NCBI GenBank assembly: GCA_000995415.1
Contig: LCEX01000003.1
Location: forward strand, 15,470 to 79,469
Reading direction: 5' to 3'
DNA: 64,000 nucleotides
Origin: Candidatus Gottesmanbacteria bacterium GW2011_GWC1_43_10
GTDB lineage: Bacteria; Patescibacteriota; Microgenomatia; UBA10105
Shown one piece after another: positions 28,351 to 37,751 of this stretch. The notes beneath the pieces are model-generated. The model did no database searches and was not told the origin of the DNA. It was given only the letters and a program-made list of their open reading frames with translations. Numbering within the stretch: position 1 is the first letter of the stretch; the number at the start of each line of letters is the position of its first letter. Made by a program: the position numbers and the translations under genes.

Positions 28351-28532
28351 CACGAGCAAATCTTTGGCCATAACGGCCTGCCCTGATTTGCTTGTGGGGT
28401 CCGCCTAAGCTCACTTTGTGGCTATTTAATACTATTTCCGCCAAAGGCGGACAGGAGTGCACGCCACAAAGAGTGCTTTAGCGACGGACTTAAGAAGCTG
28501 TATTTTCGTCCTTACAGATAGAAACAGCTTCT
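28351..28532 (+). other. Three-hairpin structured intergenic region (candidate cis-regulatory RNA)
   Basis: Stems 28351-62/28385-96, 28399-422/28463-89 and 28493-501/28524-32; a 15-nt hairpin module lies at 28437-28451. Confidence 0.55.
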
Positions 28533-28548
28533 GGAGGAGGTGAGTTTC

Positions 28549-28692
28549 TTGAGTTTTATTTTGGATGGGGAAAAGATGCGGGAACGGCTGGCTCAGATAT
28601 TGAAGCAAGCCCAGGAGGTGGAAACAACTGATGACAATCAACATGATACCAGACAAGAGTCGGGTGCGGCACATACCGGTGCTCTTGAATGA
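28549..28692 (+). CDS. Candidate 47-aa uORF overlapping the rsmH start
   Basis: GGAGGAGGTG (28533-28542) 6 nt before TTG; MSFILDGEKMRERLAQILKQAQEVETT...ALE*. Confidence 0.45.
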   Translation: MSFILDGEKMRERLAQILKQAQEVETTDDNQHDTRQESGAAHTGALE

Positions 28693-29572
28693 AGTGTTAA
28701 GTGGATTGGAAGTGGAGCCGGGAGGTTGGTTTGTAGATGCCACGGCCGGCAGAGGCGGACATACTAAGGCGATTTTGGAAAGCGGTGGTAAAGTCATAGC
28801 TTTAGATCAAGACCAGGACGCGATAACCGAATTGAAACTTAAGTTTGATCAAGAGTTAAAAGAAGAGAGAGTGGTGATAAAGGAAGGAAATTTTGCGAAT
28901 TTATTGTCCCTAGTAGACAAAGAAAGGATTGGAAAGATCTCGGGAGTACTTTTTGATTTAGGGATGTCAACACAACAGATTTGGGGACCAAGAGGCTTTA
29001 GTTTTTTAAAAAGCGAAGCACTGGATATGCGGATGTCACTCACAAATGAAGTGACTGCTGCAAAAATCATCAATAATTATTCAAGAAACGAGTTGTATGA
29101 AATTTTTCGAAGACTGGGTGAGGAAAACTTGGCTGGCCCAATTGCTGATGCTATTTTTCGCGCCCGTGCCATAAAAAGAATTGAAACTACGGATGAACTA
29201 GTCGAGATAGTCGTAGGAGTATATCATCAAGCGCACGTGCAACAAAAAATTCATCCGGCGACACGGGTGTTTCAAGCTTTGAGGATAGCCGTAAATAGGG
29301 AACTTGAAAATTTACGCCAAGGATTAGAATGTGCTTGGATAGTACTGCGATCCGGTGGCAGATGTGTGGTCATAAGTTTTCATTCTTTGGAGGATCGGAT
29401 AGTCAAACAGTTTTTTTTAAATAAATTGAGGTTGGGTGAAGCCGAATCGGTGACTAAACAGCCGATTGTAGCTAATAGAGTAGAGATAAAAAGCAACCCG
29501 GCTGCAAGGAGTGCCAAACTGCGGATTGCCAAAAAATTGAAGTATGAACAGGACGCGAAAACGCTATTTTAA
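28631..29572 (+). CDS. rsmH: 16S rRNA m4C1402 methyltransferase RsmH
   Basis: 'HIPVLLNE', 'VDATAGRGGH', 'LDMRM', 'HPATRVFQALRIAVN', 'ISFHSLEDRIVK', 'ARSAKLR'. Confidence 0.97.
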   Translation: MTINMIPDKSRVRHIPVLLNEVLSGLEVEPGGWFVDATAGRGGHTKAILESGGKVIALDQDQDAITELKLKFDQELKEERVVIKEGNFANLLSLVDKERIGKISGVLFDLGMSTQQIWGPRGFSFLKSEALDMRMSLTNEVTAAKIINNYSRNELYEIFRRLGEENLAGPIADAIFRARAIKRIETTDELVEIVVGVYHQAHVQQKIHPATRVFQALRIAVNRELENLRQGLECAWIVLRSGGRCVVISFHSLEDRIVKQFFLNKLRLGEAESVTKQPIVANRVEIKSNPAARSAKLRIAKKLKYEQDAKTLF

Positions 29573-29867
29573 AACCCAAACAACACCGCGTAGTCGTTGG
29601 ATGTGGCTCGCTGGAAGTGTCGTGGTAGTGTTGTTACTTATCCAAGTCATCGTGTCTAACCGACTTGCAACCAGCGGTCACGATATCACCCGTATCGAGC
29701 AGGAAATCCAAACTGTCAATGAGGAAAATCAACTGTATGCCGAAAAAATTGCTTCGGCCTCGGCACTAATGGCGATTGCCGATAAGGCCAAACAGTTGGG
29801 ATTTGTGACCCCTGTCAATCCTATTTTTTTGACCCGCGACTTGCCGGTAGCGCTTAATTTACAGTGA
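29544..29867 (+). CDS. ftsL: Cell division protein FtsL-like
   Basis: TM plus coiled coil, 'AKQLGF'; lies between rsmH and the PBP gene. Confidence 0.7.
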   Translation: MNRTRKRYFKTQTTPRSRWMWLAGSVVVVLLLIQVIVSNRLATSGHDITRIEQEIQTVNEENQLYAEKIASASALMAIADKAKQLGFVTPVNPIFLTRDLPVALNLQ

Positions 29868-29883
29868 ATTCGATCTTCAGATT

Positions 29884-31560
29884 ATGAAACGGCAGACCCT
29901 GGTTTTGCTGATGTTCTTGGGTGGATTTTTGCTCGTAGCAGCTAAACTGTTTTATTGGCAGGTGATAGTTAGTGAACGATTGGTTGAGGCCGCCCGCGAT
30001 CAATATTTTTTTAGCTTGAACTTGCCCCCAGCCCGAGGGAAAATACTTGCAAGTGATGGTAGTCCGATGGTAACCAACAAGACAGCTTATTTAGTGTACG
30101 GTGAACCGAAACAAATCAGTGACCGCAATATATTTGTAAATAAAGTAACTGAAACACTAAAGTTAAGTAAAGAAGACCTGATCCAAAAACTAGCACAAGC
30201 AAATATTGTGTGGGTGTCGATCGCACATCGGGTAGATGAAGGAAAGGCACAAGAACTAAAAAGTATGTCTTTACCAGGCTTGGGGTTTGAGAAAGAAGCG
30301 GTGCGGTTTTATCCTGAAGGTTCCATGGCCGCACAACTTATGGGATTTGTGGGTAGTGACACCAATGGTCAAGATAAAGGTTATTTTGGATTGGAAGGTT
30401 TTTATGACCGGGCCCTCAAAGGCAAACCCGGATCATTACTCCAGGAAAAAGACGCTCAAGGATTACCGCTATTATTAGGTACGGAAAAACGGATTCCGGC
30501 GGAAAATGGCCAGGACCTGGAATTGTATCTTGACCGTTCGGTTCAGTTGATTTTAGAAAATAGATTACAGGCGGGTTTACAAAAATACGGGGCCAAAGCG
30601 GCCATGGTGGCGGTCATGGATCCCAAAACCGGAGGGATTTTGGGGACCGCGGCATTGCCGAAATACGCTCCCGCCGAATTCAATAAAGCCAGTCCGCAGT
30701 CTTTCCCCAACCCACTGGTAGCCAATACTTATGAGCCGGGATCGACTTTTAAAGCTTTGGTGATGGCTGCAGCTTTAAACGAAAAGGTGGTTAAGCCTGA
30801 GACTAAGTACAACGAGACTGGGCCGGTGCCAGTTGGAGAATATTTGATTCGGACATGGAATAGTGAATACCACGGAGATTTGACGATGACCCAGGTGTTG
30901 GAAAAATCCTCAAATCCGGGAATGGTATTTGTAGGGCAGAAACTAGGTAAAGACAAAATGTTGGATTATCTGAATAAATTTGGTTTTGGTCAAAAAAGTG
31001 GCATCGATCTTGAGGAAGAGGCAGCACCAGGTTTGCGATCAGCAGATGATTGGAAAGAGATAGACTTGGCGACCGCCTCTTTTGGTCAGGGTATTGCAGT
31101 CACACCCATCCAAATGTTACGCGCAGTTGGAGTCCTATCCAACCAAGGGAAATTGATGCAGCCTTTGGTGGTCAAAAAAATCATCGACGTCAACGGCAAA
31201 GTCATCGAAAATAAGCCCAGACTTCTATCCGAAGTGATTAAGCCGGCTACGGCCCAGATCATCACTGAAATGCTCATTGCAGCTGTGGATAACGGCGAAG
31301 CTAAGTGGGCTAAACCCAAAGGTTACCGGATCGCCGGCAAAACTGGTACTGCCCAAATTGCTGTGTCCGGCCATTATGATGATAAAAAGACGATTGCTTC
31401 ATTTGTAGGATACGCTCCGGCTGATGATCCCAAATTTGTGATGTTGGTTTTACTTCAAGAACCCACTTCAAGTCCCTGGGGATCAGAGACGGCAGCCCCG
31501 TTGTTTTTTGACATAGCTAAGGACCTATTTGCGTATTACAGTATTTCACCCAAAGATTGA
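29884..31560 (+). CDS. ftsI: Class B penicillin-binding protein (FtsI-like)
   Basis: 'RGKI', 'RFYPEG', SxxK 'STFK', SxN 'SSN', KTG 'KTGTAQ'. Confidence 0.92.
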   Translation: MKRQTLVLLMFLGGFLLVAAKLFYWQVIVSERLVEAARDQYFFSLNLPPARGKILASDGSPMVTNKTAYLVYGEPKQISDRNIFVNKVTETLKLSKEDLIQKLAQANIVWVSIAHRVDEGKAQELKSMSLPGLGFEKEAVRFYPEGSMAAQLMGFVGSDTNGQDKGYFGLEGFYDRALKGKPGSLLQEKDAQGLPLLLGTEKRIPAENGQDLELYLDRSVQLILENRLQAGLQKYGAKAAMVAVMDPKTGGILGTAALPKYAPAEFNKASPQSFPNPLVANTYEPGSTFKALVMAAALNEKVVKPETKYNETGPVPVGEYLIRTWNSEYHGDLTMTQVLEKSSNPGMVFVGQKLGKDKMLDYLNKFGFGQKSGIDLEEEAAPGLRSADDWKEIDLATASFGQGIAVTPIQMLRAVGVLSNQGKLMQPLVVKKIIDVNGKVIENKPRLLSEVIKPATAQIITEMLIAAVDNGEAKWAKPKGYRIAGKTGTAQIAVSGHYDDKKTIASFVGYAPADDPKFVMLVLLQEPTSSPWGSETAAPLFFDIAKDLFAYYSISPKD

Positions 31561-31587
31561 AGTTCCCACGACCTGATGGTCGGGGAA

Positions 31588-31682
31588 GTAATTGTTCAGA
31601 TTTCCGATAGAAAATCGTCATCGCGAAGGGTCAATGGCCCTGTGGCGATCTCATGAGATTGCTTCGCTACGCTCGCAATGAC
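31588..31682. repeat. GTCAT...ATGAC repeat with a conserved 5' flank, copy A
   Basis: 62/63 nt identical to 43586-43648, then a shared GATTGCTTCGCTACGCTCGC. Confidence 0.9.
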
Positions 31683-31767
31683 AAAATAATAGCGGAAGTG
31701 TGAACCGTTACTCGGGTAATTCCGTGGGCGGATTAAAGCTCTCATGATATAATAGTAAATCTACCTC

Positions 31768-33009
31768 ATGTGGCAAAGATATAAAAATATCTACCATGGC
31801 GTATCGGCTATATTTGCCGCAGTTTATTATGGTTTTCCAGGAAAAAAACTCAAAGTTATTGGAATCACGGGAACTGACGGAAAAACCACGACCACTCATT
31901 TAATTCATCACATTTTAACTTCGGCTCACAAAAAAGCTTCAATGGTGTCTTCGGTATTTGCTGAAATCGCAGGTAAACAGTACGACACTGGATTTCATGT
32001 CACCAGTCCGAATGAGTGGCAAGTACAAAAATTTTTGCAGGAGTCTTTTAAAGCGGGGGAAGAGTATATGGTACTTGAAGTCACTTCACACGCACTTGAT
32101 CAACATCGAGTTGATGGGATTGATTTTGAAATCGGAGTACTAACCAATATCACCCACGAACATTTGGATTATCATAAAACTTATGAAAACTATGTTTCGA
32201 CAAAAGTAAAACTCTTAAAACGAGCTCGGTGTGCGATAGTAAATCGTGACGATGAATCTTTTCGATATATCGATGTATCGAAAAACCAAAAGACAATTAC
32301 CTATGGAATTAAGAATAAATCAGATGTAATGCCTGAAACATTTACTTTTACATCTCCCCTGCCGGGGGAATACAACCTTTATAATTGTTTAGCCGCAATT
32401 GCAGCGTGTCAACAGTTGGGAATCAAAGATGCCGAAATAAAAAAGGCCCTAAAAACATTTAAAGGCGTGAAGGGCAGATTTGAATATTTACCAACTGACA
32501 ATAATTTTGAAGTAATCATTGATTTTGCACATACGCCAAACGGTATTGAAAAAGTACTTTCGACAGTGAAGCCAATGGTGAGGGGAAAACTGATTCATGT
32601 TTTTGGTTCTGCCGGACTTCGCGACCGTTCGAAGCGGCCGATCATGGGTGAAAAAAGTGCGTTATTTGCAGATGTTAGTGTATTAACCGAAGAAGATTAT
32701 AGAACTGAACATGTGGATCAGATCATGGATGAGATTGCTCAAGGTTGCATCTTGCAAGGAGCGAGGGAACTGACGGTTGGTGACTTTGAAAAAGCTTTAG
32801 TCTCAAAAAATAAGGTGTTTTTTAGGATTAACGATCGGCAAACAGCCATTGATTTTGCAATACAAAAGCTGGCTCGGAAAAATGACGTATTGATATTTAC
32901 CGGTAAAGCCCATGAAAAAAGTTTGTGCCGGGGAACAGTTGAATATCCTTGGAGTGAACACGAGGCGATAAGAAAAGCTTTAAAAAAGAATGTGAGTCCC
33001 GATGTGTAG
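31768..33009 (+). CDS. murE: Mur ligase MurE
   Basis: 'GITGTDGKTTT', 'LEVTSH', 'TNITHEHLDYH', 'GRFE', 'DFAHTP', 'FGSAG.RD'. Confidence 0.88.
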   Translation: MWQRYKNIYHGVSAIFAAVYYGFPGKKLKVIGITGTDGKTTTTHLIHHILTSAHKKASMVSSVFAEIAGKQYDTGFHVTSPNEWQVQKFLQESFKAGEEYMVLEVTSHALDQHRVDGIDFEIGVLTNITHEHLDYHKTYENYVSTKVKLLKRARCAIVNRDDESFRYIDVSKNQKTITYGIKNKSDVMPETFTFTSPLPGEYNLYNCLAAIAACQQLGIKDAEIKKALKTFKGVKGRFEYLPTDNNFEVIIDFAHTPNGIEKVLSTVKPMVRGKLIHVFGSAGLRDRSKRPIMGEKSALFADVSVLTEEDYRTEHVDQIMDEIAQGCILQGARELTVGDFEKALVSKNKVFFRINDRQTAIDFAIQKLARKNDVLIFTGKAHEKSLCRGTVEYPWSEHEAIRKALKKNVSPDV

Positions 33010-33014
33010 ATACA

Positions 33015-33051
33015 AACCCACACCGGGTGTGGGGTAGCTTCACACCTCGGG
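33015..33051. repeat. CCCACAC-hairpin repeat family
   Basis: AACCCACACCGGGTGTGGGGTAGCTTCACACCTCGGG; inverted near-copy at 52438-52474, relatives at 52579-52599 and 62260-62286. Confidence 0.85.
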
Positions 33052-33052
33052 A

Positions 33053-33095
33053 TTTATCGTTTCATTATTTCGTTATTCATTATTCGTTATTTGTT
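33053..33095 (+). repeat. Degenerate heptamer array (TATTCRT-like)
   Basis: ...TATTCAT TATTCGT TATTTGT directly before the pgeF ATG. Confidence 0.7.
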
Positions 33096-33833
33096 ATGCT
33101 AATTAAAAATCTCAACCATACTATTTCCTTTTCGCTATTTTCGTTATTTCCCGAACTGGTGTGCGTTGTGTCCGATCGCACTTTGGGAGACTTAAATGTC
33201 GGGCGATTGCCGATTGAAAATGCGCAAACGCTATTAAATCTTTACCAAATTCCCTTGAGTCAATTTGTCGGCATGGAACAAAAACATGGGGTGATAGTTC
33301 GGTTGGTCGATGAAGCAAACATAGGAAAATTGGTTGAAAATACTGATGGTTTGATAACTGTAAATCACCAACTTTTTTTGGGTGTCAAGACAGCAGATTG
33401 TGTACCATTATTTTTCTATGATTCTATTAAAAAAATTGTTGCTGTAGCTCATGCTGGTTGGCAAGGCACATTGGGAAATATCACCGGAAATCTTATCGAA
33501 AAACTTGAAGAGCTTGGATCAGATCCGCAAAACGTGTATGTGGCGATTGGTCCACATATTGGCGGGTGTTGCTATGAGGTGACTGCGGAGCGGGCAAAAT
33601 TATTCCTTGAAAAATTCAGAGACCCAAAAATAGCTTTTCAAAATGAAGGTAAATGGTTTTTGGATATTGGCCAGGCAAACAAAACACAACTTCTCGAAAG
33701 CGGAGTTAAATTAGAGCACATAGATGCTCCACTTACTTGCACGAGTTGTCAAAACGATTTATTCATTTCATTTCGGAAAGACACGAAAGAAACATTTGGA
33801 GAGATGTTGGGTATAATTGGAATTACGAATTAG
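33096..33833 (+). CDS. pgeF: Peptidoglycan editing factor PgeF / YfiH family
   Basis: 'QKHG', 'DGLIT', 'TADCVP', 'AHAGWQG', 'IGPHI..CCYEV', 'CTSC...F.SFR'; ATG at 33096 preferred. Confidence 0.92.
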   Translation: MLIKNLNHTISFSLFSLFPELVCVVSDRTLGDLNVGRLPIENAQTLLNLYQIPLSQFVGMEQKHGVIVRLVDEANIGKLVENTDGLITVNHQLFLGVKTADCVPLFFYDSIKKIVAVAHAGWQGTLGNITGNLIEKLEELGSDPQNVYVAIGPHIGGCCYEVTAERAKLFLEKFRDPKIAFQNEGKWFLDIGQANKTQLLESGVKLEHIDAPLTCTSCQNDLFISFRKDTKETFGEMLGIIGITN

Positions 33834-33847
33834 GATTTATACACATT

Positions 33848-33917
33848 GTCATTATCCGGCTTGACCGGATAATCTATACAAATAAAACTTATGGATTCCC
33901 GCTTTCGCGGGAATGAC
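33848..33917. repeat. GTCAT...ATGAC REP-like palindrome dimer
   Basis: GTCATTATCCGGCTTGACCGGATAATC...GATTCCCGCTTTCGCGGGAATGAC. Confidence 0.88.
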
Positions 33918-33929
33918 AAGCTAAACTAT

Positions 33930-35339
33930 ATGAATCAAGAATTAAAACAAATAAAAAAGATTTATTTTGTGGGGATTAAGGGTGTGGCGATGACAGCGCT
34001 TGCAATAGTGGCCAAAGAAATGGGAAAAGAGGTCAGGGGATCTGATGTTCAAGAAGAATTTCCGACAGATGCCACACTTCATCGATTTAAAATTGCGCAT
34101 GTCAAAAATTTTTCTCCGGAGCATATCACAGATGATATTGATTTAGTAGTTTATACCGGGGCCCATCAGGGAGTCAATAATATTGAAGTCCAAACCGCAA
34201 TCAAAAAAGGGATATCAGTTTTACCACATGGGAAGGCCCTGGGTTTATTTATGCAGGGCAAAAAGGGAATTTCGGTGGCTGGTTCGCATGGCAAAACGAC
34301 CACGTCTGCCATGATCGCCCATGTATTAATCCAAGCCGGACATGATCCGTCTTTTGCCATAGGCTGTGGTAGTATTACTTCGCTTCAGACACCGGCGCAC
34401 GCGGGTAGTGGCGACTATTTTGTGGCAGAAGCCGATGAATATGTGACCGATCCAACTACTGATCAAACCCCGCGATTTTTATGGCAAAGACCCAGTGTTT
34501 TAGTAATAACCAATATAGATTTTGATCATCCTGATGTATATGCCGATTTGGAAGCGGTAAAGGAGGCGTTTGCCGATTTTACAAAACAGATCAGGCCGGG
34601 CGGATTTGTGGTAATAAATGTTGATGATGCCGCAAGCACTTCGCTTCTTCGGAGAATTGAAGCAAAAAAAATTACCTTTGGAAAAACGGCCACAGCGGAC
34701 TTTCAATTAATTAGGGTAAACTTCACTGGAGGCAGAACCAATTTTCAAGTAAAAATAAATGGGCAAAATGAATCTTTTGCTCTCAGTGTTCCAGGAGAAC
34801 ACAATGCGCTCAATGCAGTAGCGGCAATTGCCGTTCTCTTAACATTGGGATTAACTATTGAGCAAATACGGGGCGGACTTGCGAGTTTCGTAGGCACCAA
34901 ACGCCGGTTTGAAAAGATTTCCGAAAAAGGGGGCAAACTGCTATATGATGACTATGCCCACCATCCGGCAGAGATTAGCGCGACTTTGGCTGGAGCCAGG
35001 GTTTGGTTTCCCAAACGCAGAATTATTGCTATTTTTCAACCACACACCTATTCTCGTACCCAAGCACTTTTAAAAGAATTTGCAGCTAGTTTTGGTGCGG
35101 CAGATGTCGTCTTGTTGACTGAAATTTATGCTTCGGCTCGGGAAAAACCAATCCTCGGGATTTCTGGTCGCACTTTATTTAATGTCACACAAAAGCAAAA
35201 ACCCTCGACAGTTTTTACTCCGGGGAAGGCAGATGTGCTACAATATTTAAAGCAAAATAGTCGCCCCAACGACCTCATTTTAACTATGGGAGCAGGTAAT
35301 ATTTTTACTTGGGTACCGGATATTTTACGAATCATTTGA
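33930..35339 (+). CDS. murC: UDP-N-acetylmuramate--L-alanine ligase
   Basis: 'VGIKGVAM', 'AGSHGKTTTS', 'EADEY', 'DFDHPD', 'DDYAHHP', 'FQPHTYSRT'; ATG at 33930 preferred. Confidence 0.96.
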   Translation: MNQELKQIKKIYFVGIKGVAMTALAIVAKEMGKEVRGSDVQEEFPTDATLHRFKIAHVKNFSPEHITDDIDLVVYTGAHQGVNNIEVQTAIKKGISVLPHGKALGLFMQGKKGISVAGSHGKTTTSAMIAHVLIQAGHDPSFAIGCGSITSLQTPAHAGSGDYFVAEADEYVTDPTTDQTPRFLWQRPSVLVITNIDFDHPDVYADLEAVKEAFADFTKQIRPGGFVVINVDDAASTSLLRRIEAKKITFGKTATADFQLIRVNFTGGRTNFQVKINGQNESFALSVPGEHNALNAVAAIAVLLTLGLTIEQIRGGLASFVGTKRRFEKISEKGGKLLYDDYAHHPAEISATLAGARVWFPKRRIIAIFQPHTYSRTQALLKEFAASFGAADVVLLTEIYASAREKPILGISGRTLFNVTQKQKPSTVFTPGKADVLQYLKQNSRPNDLILTMGAGNIFTWVPDILRII

Positions 35340-35341
35340 AT

Positions 35342-36325
35342 ATGGAAATTTTTGAGTTGTTTAAGGATAAGTTGGGTGATAAAGTAAAGACGAATGAACC
35401 TCTGGCGCGCTATACTACGCTTAAAATTGGTGGACCAGCTGAGTATTTCTATGTAGCTAGTACTACTTCGGAAGTATTAAAAGCTGTTTCTACTGCCAAA
35501 ACAGCAAAAATCCGCTTTCTGATTTTGGGTGGCGGATCAAACGTCGTTATTTCCGATCGGGGAATAAAGGGGTTGGTAGTGCGTAATGAATCGCGAAATA
35601 TTGCAGTGGTAAAGCGAATTGGCAAAGTAGCCAAAGGTAAGATGAACGTTTCACAAGCATTGGTTGAGGTCGATGCCGGAGTTTTGATGAATCAGCTGGT
35701 GAGGTTCACTTGTGATGAAGGACTCAGCGGGTTAGAACGGCATCTAGGGCTTCCGGGAACAGTGGGAGGAGCTTTGTACATGAATTCCAAATGGACCAAG
35801 CCGCCAACATACGTCGGAGATGTGGTTTCGACGGCGAAAGTACTGGATCGGGAAGGCAACATGAAAATTGTCGACAAAAAATATTTTGATTTTGCTTATG
35901 ACCAAAGTATTTTACAAAAAACACACGAAACTGTTTTATCGGTGATTTTTTTATTAACCGTGGCTGATAAAAAAAGTTTGTGGGAAACTGCTCAATCTTC
36001 TATGGAATATCGGAAAGCGACCCAACCCATGGGAGTCTCTACAGCCGGATGCACATTTCGCAACATTCCTCTTTCTGATGCACTCCGCCTGGCTACTCCC
36101 AATAATACAACCTCGGCGGGTTTTTTGGTTGACCAGGTGGGTTTAAAGAATTTTCAAATTGGTCAGGCAAAATTTAGTGACAAACATGCCAATTTTATTT
36201 TAAACTTAGGGGGAGCTACTGCAAGTCAGGTCAAAGGTTTGATAGACGAAGCCAAGAAAAGAGTGCTCGAGAAATTTCAGGTGAATATTGAGCCGGAGAT
36301 AGTGTTGTTAGGGGAGTTTAAGTGA
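35342..36325 (+). CDS. murB: UDP-N-acetylenolpyruvoylglucosamine reductase
   Basis: 'TTLKIGGPA', 'GGGSN', 'GLPGTVGGA..MN', 'AGCTFRN', 'KHANFI'. Confidence 0.96.
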   Translation: MEIFELFKDKLGDKVKTNEPLARYTTLKIGGPAEYFYVASTTSEVLKAVSTAKTAKIRFLILGGGSNVVISDRGIKGLVVRNESRNIAVVKRIGKVAKGKMNVSQALVEVDAGVLMNQLVRFTCDEGLSGLERHLGLPGTVGGALYMNSKWTKPPTYVGDVVSTAKVLDREGNMKIVDKKYFDFAYDQSILQKTHETVLSVIFLLTVADKKSLWETAQSSMEYRKATQPMGVSTAGCTFRNIPLSDALRLATPNNTTSAGFLVDQVGLKNFQIGQAKFSDKHANFILNLGGATASQVKGLIDEAKKRVLEKFQVNIEPEIVLLGEFK

Positions 36326-36328
36326 TAA

Positions 36329-36415
36329 TTCCCTCTCTTAGGTTAAGAGAGGGATAGGGTGAGTTACGAAATAAATCATAACTCCTCCCAACCTCCTCTT
36401 ATCTTAAGAGGAGGA
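36329..36415. repeat. CCTC-hairpin repeat family, inverted dimer
   Basis: TTCCCTCTCTTAGGTTAAGAGAGGGATAGGGTGAGTTA...TAACTCCTCCCAACCTCCTCTTATCTTAAGAGGAGGA. Confidence 0.85.
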
Positions 36416-36425
36416 AAAAAAGTAT

Positions 36426-37751
36426 ATGGAAAAATTTGTTATAACAGGTGGTAGACCCTTAAAAGGCACGGTGACAGTAGGAGGAGCCAAAAACGTGGCC
36501 ATGAAAGCCGTAGTTGCCGGTTTACTAACTAACGAAACTTTGACTGTAGCAAATATTCCTCTCATCTCGTCTGTTCTAGGGACAGCCAAAATCGTCGAGC
36601 CATTGGGTGTCGAAGTCAAACGCATCGATCATACACTGACTATTTCAGCCAAAAATATTCACAAATACAAAGTGCCGCTTGAATTGGGGGGACTGTACCG
36701 GACAGCCACGATGGTGATGGGGCCAATGCTCGCTCGCTTTGGCAAAGCGATTGTTCCCAATCCTGGCGGCTGCCGGTTGGGAAAACGCCCTGTAGATTGG
36801 CATATTCAGGCCTTGATTCAGATGGGAGCCAAAATTTCCTACAAAGATGGGTATTTTTATGGTGAAGCCAATGGTTTGCATGGGGCCACCATCAAATTCC
36901 CCAAGAATTCTCATACTGGAACAGAAACAGTCATACTGGCAGCGGTTTTAGCCACCGGCACAACTGTGATTGAAAATGCTGCGGCTGAACCAGAGATTGA
37001 CAACTTAATTCTTTTACTTAAACATATGGGGGCCGTGATTGAGAGACAAGGGAGAACTATCACTATCCACGGCGTAAAAAAGTTGGGCGGGACTAAATTT
37101 ACGATCATGCCGGATCGCAATGAAGTCGTGACTTATGCGATAGCGGCCATAGCCACAGATGGTGACGTCGTCATACACGGGACGGAACGGGAGAACTTAA
37201 AAAGTTTCCTCACCGCTTTAGATCAGGTTGGTGGCGGATGGGAAGCGATGGATCAAACCACGACACGGTTTTTTAGCCAGGGCGTTTTGAAACCAACTGA
37301 CATAGTGACCAGTTTTTATCCCGGATTTATGACAGATTGGCAGGCACCGTGGGCGGTGTTGGCAACTCAAGCGCAAGGCGCATCATCCATCCACGAAACT
37401 GTGTTTGAAAGCCGGTTTTCGTATGTAGCGGAACTCAGGAAAATGGGGGCCAAAATTGATTTTTTTGATCCGGAAGTCAAAGATCCGGAAAAGTTTTATA
37501 ATTTTAAATGGGCTGATCGCATCGAAGACTATCATCAGGGAATCAAAATTTTCGGACCGCGACCACTGCACGAAGCAGTGGTTGAAATCACCGATCTTCG
37601 GGCTGGAGCCACATTGGTGGTAGCGGCTTTGGTTGCCAGAGGCAAATCAGTATTATTGGGGGTGGAGCATATTGATCGCGGATACGAAAAGTTCGATGAA
37701 CAACTGCGTCAACTGGGAGCCAAAATTACGCGGGAAAAGGAGGACTTATGA
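36426..37751 (+). CDS. murA: UDP-N-acetylglucosamine 1-carboxyvinyltransferase
   Basis: 'GAKN', 'PGGC.LG.RP.D.H', 'ENAA.EPEI', 'YPGFMTD', 'DLRAGA', 'IDRGYE'. Confidence 0.97.
   Translation: MEKFVITGGRPLKGTVTVGGAKNVAMKAVVAGLLTNETLTVANIPLISSVLGTAKIVEPLGVEVKRIDHTLTISAKNIHKYKVPLELGGLYRTATMVMGPMLARFGKAIVPNPGGCRLGKRPVDWHIQALIQMGAKISYKDGYFYGEANGLHGATIKFPKNSHTGTETVILAAVLATGTTVIENAAAEPEIDNLILLLKHMGAVIERQGRTITIHGVKKLGGTKFTIMPDRNEVVTYAIAAIATDGDVVIHGTERENLKSFLTALDQVGGGWEAMDQTTTRFFSQGVLKPTDIVTSFYPGFMTDWQAPWAVLATQAQGASSIHETVFESRFSYVAELRKMGAKIDFFDPEVKDPEKFYNFKWADRIEDYHQGIKIFGPRPLHEAVVEITDLRAGATLVVAALVARGKSVLLGVEHIDRGYEKFDEQLRQLGAKITREKEDL

Noticed and set aside
28432-28797. 121-aa minus-strand ORF and the many other short antisense or nested ORFs in the track
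   Set aside because: They are shadows of well-supported genes on the opposite strand or frame and carry no recognisable motifs.
33891-33929. ORF-track N-terminal extension of MurC (MDSRFRGNDK), and similar extensions on PgeF, IleS and the GIY-YIG gene
   Set aside because: These residues are translations of upstream repeat elements; downstream starts fit the protein families better.
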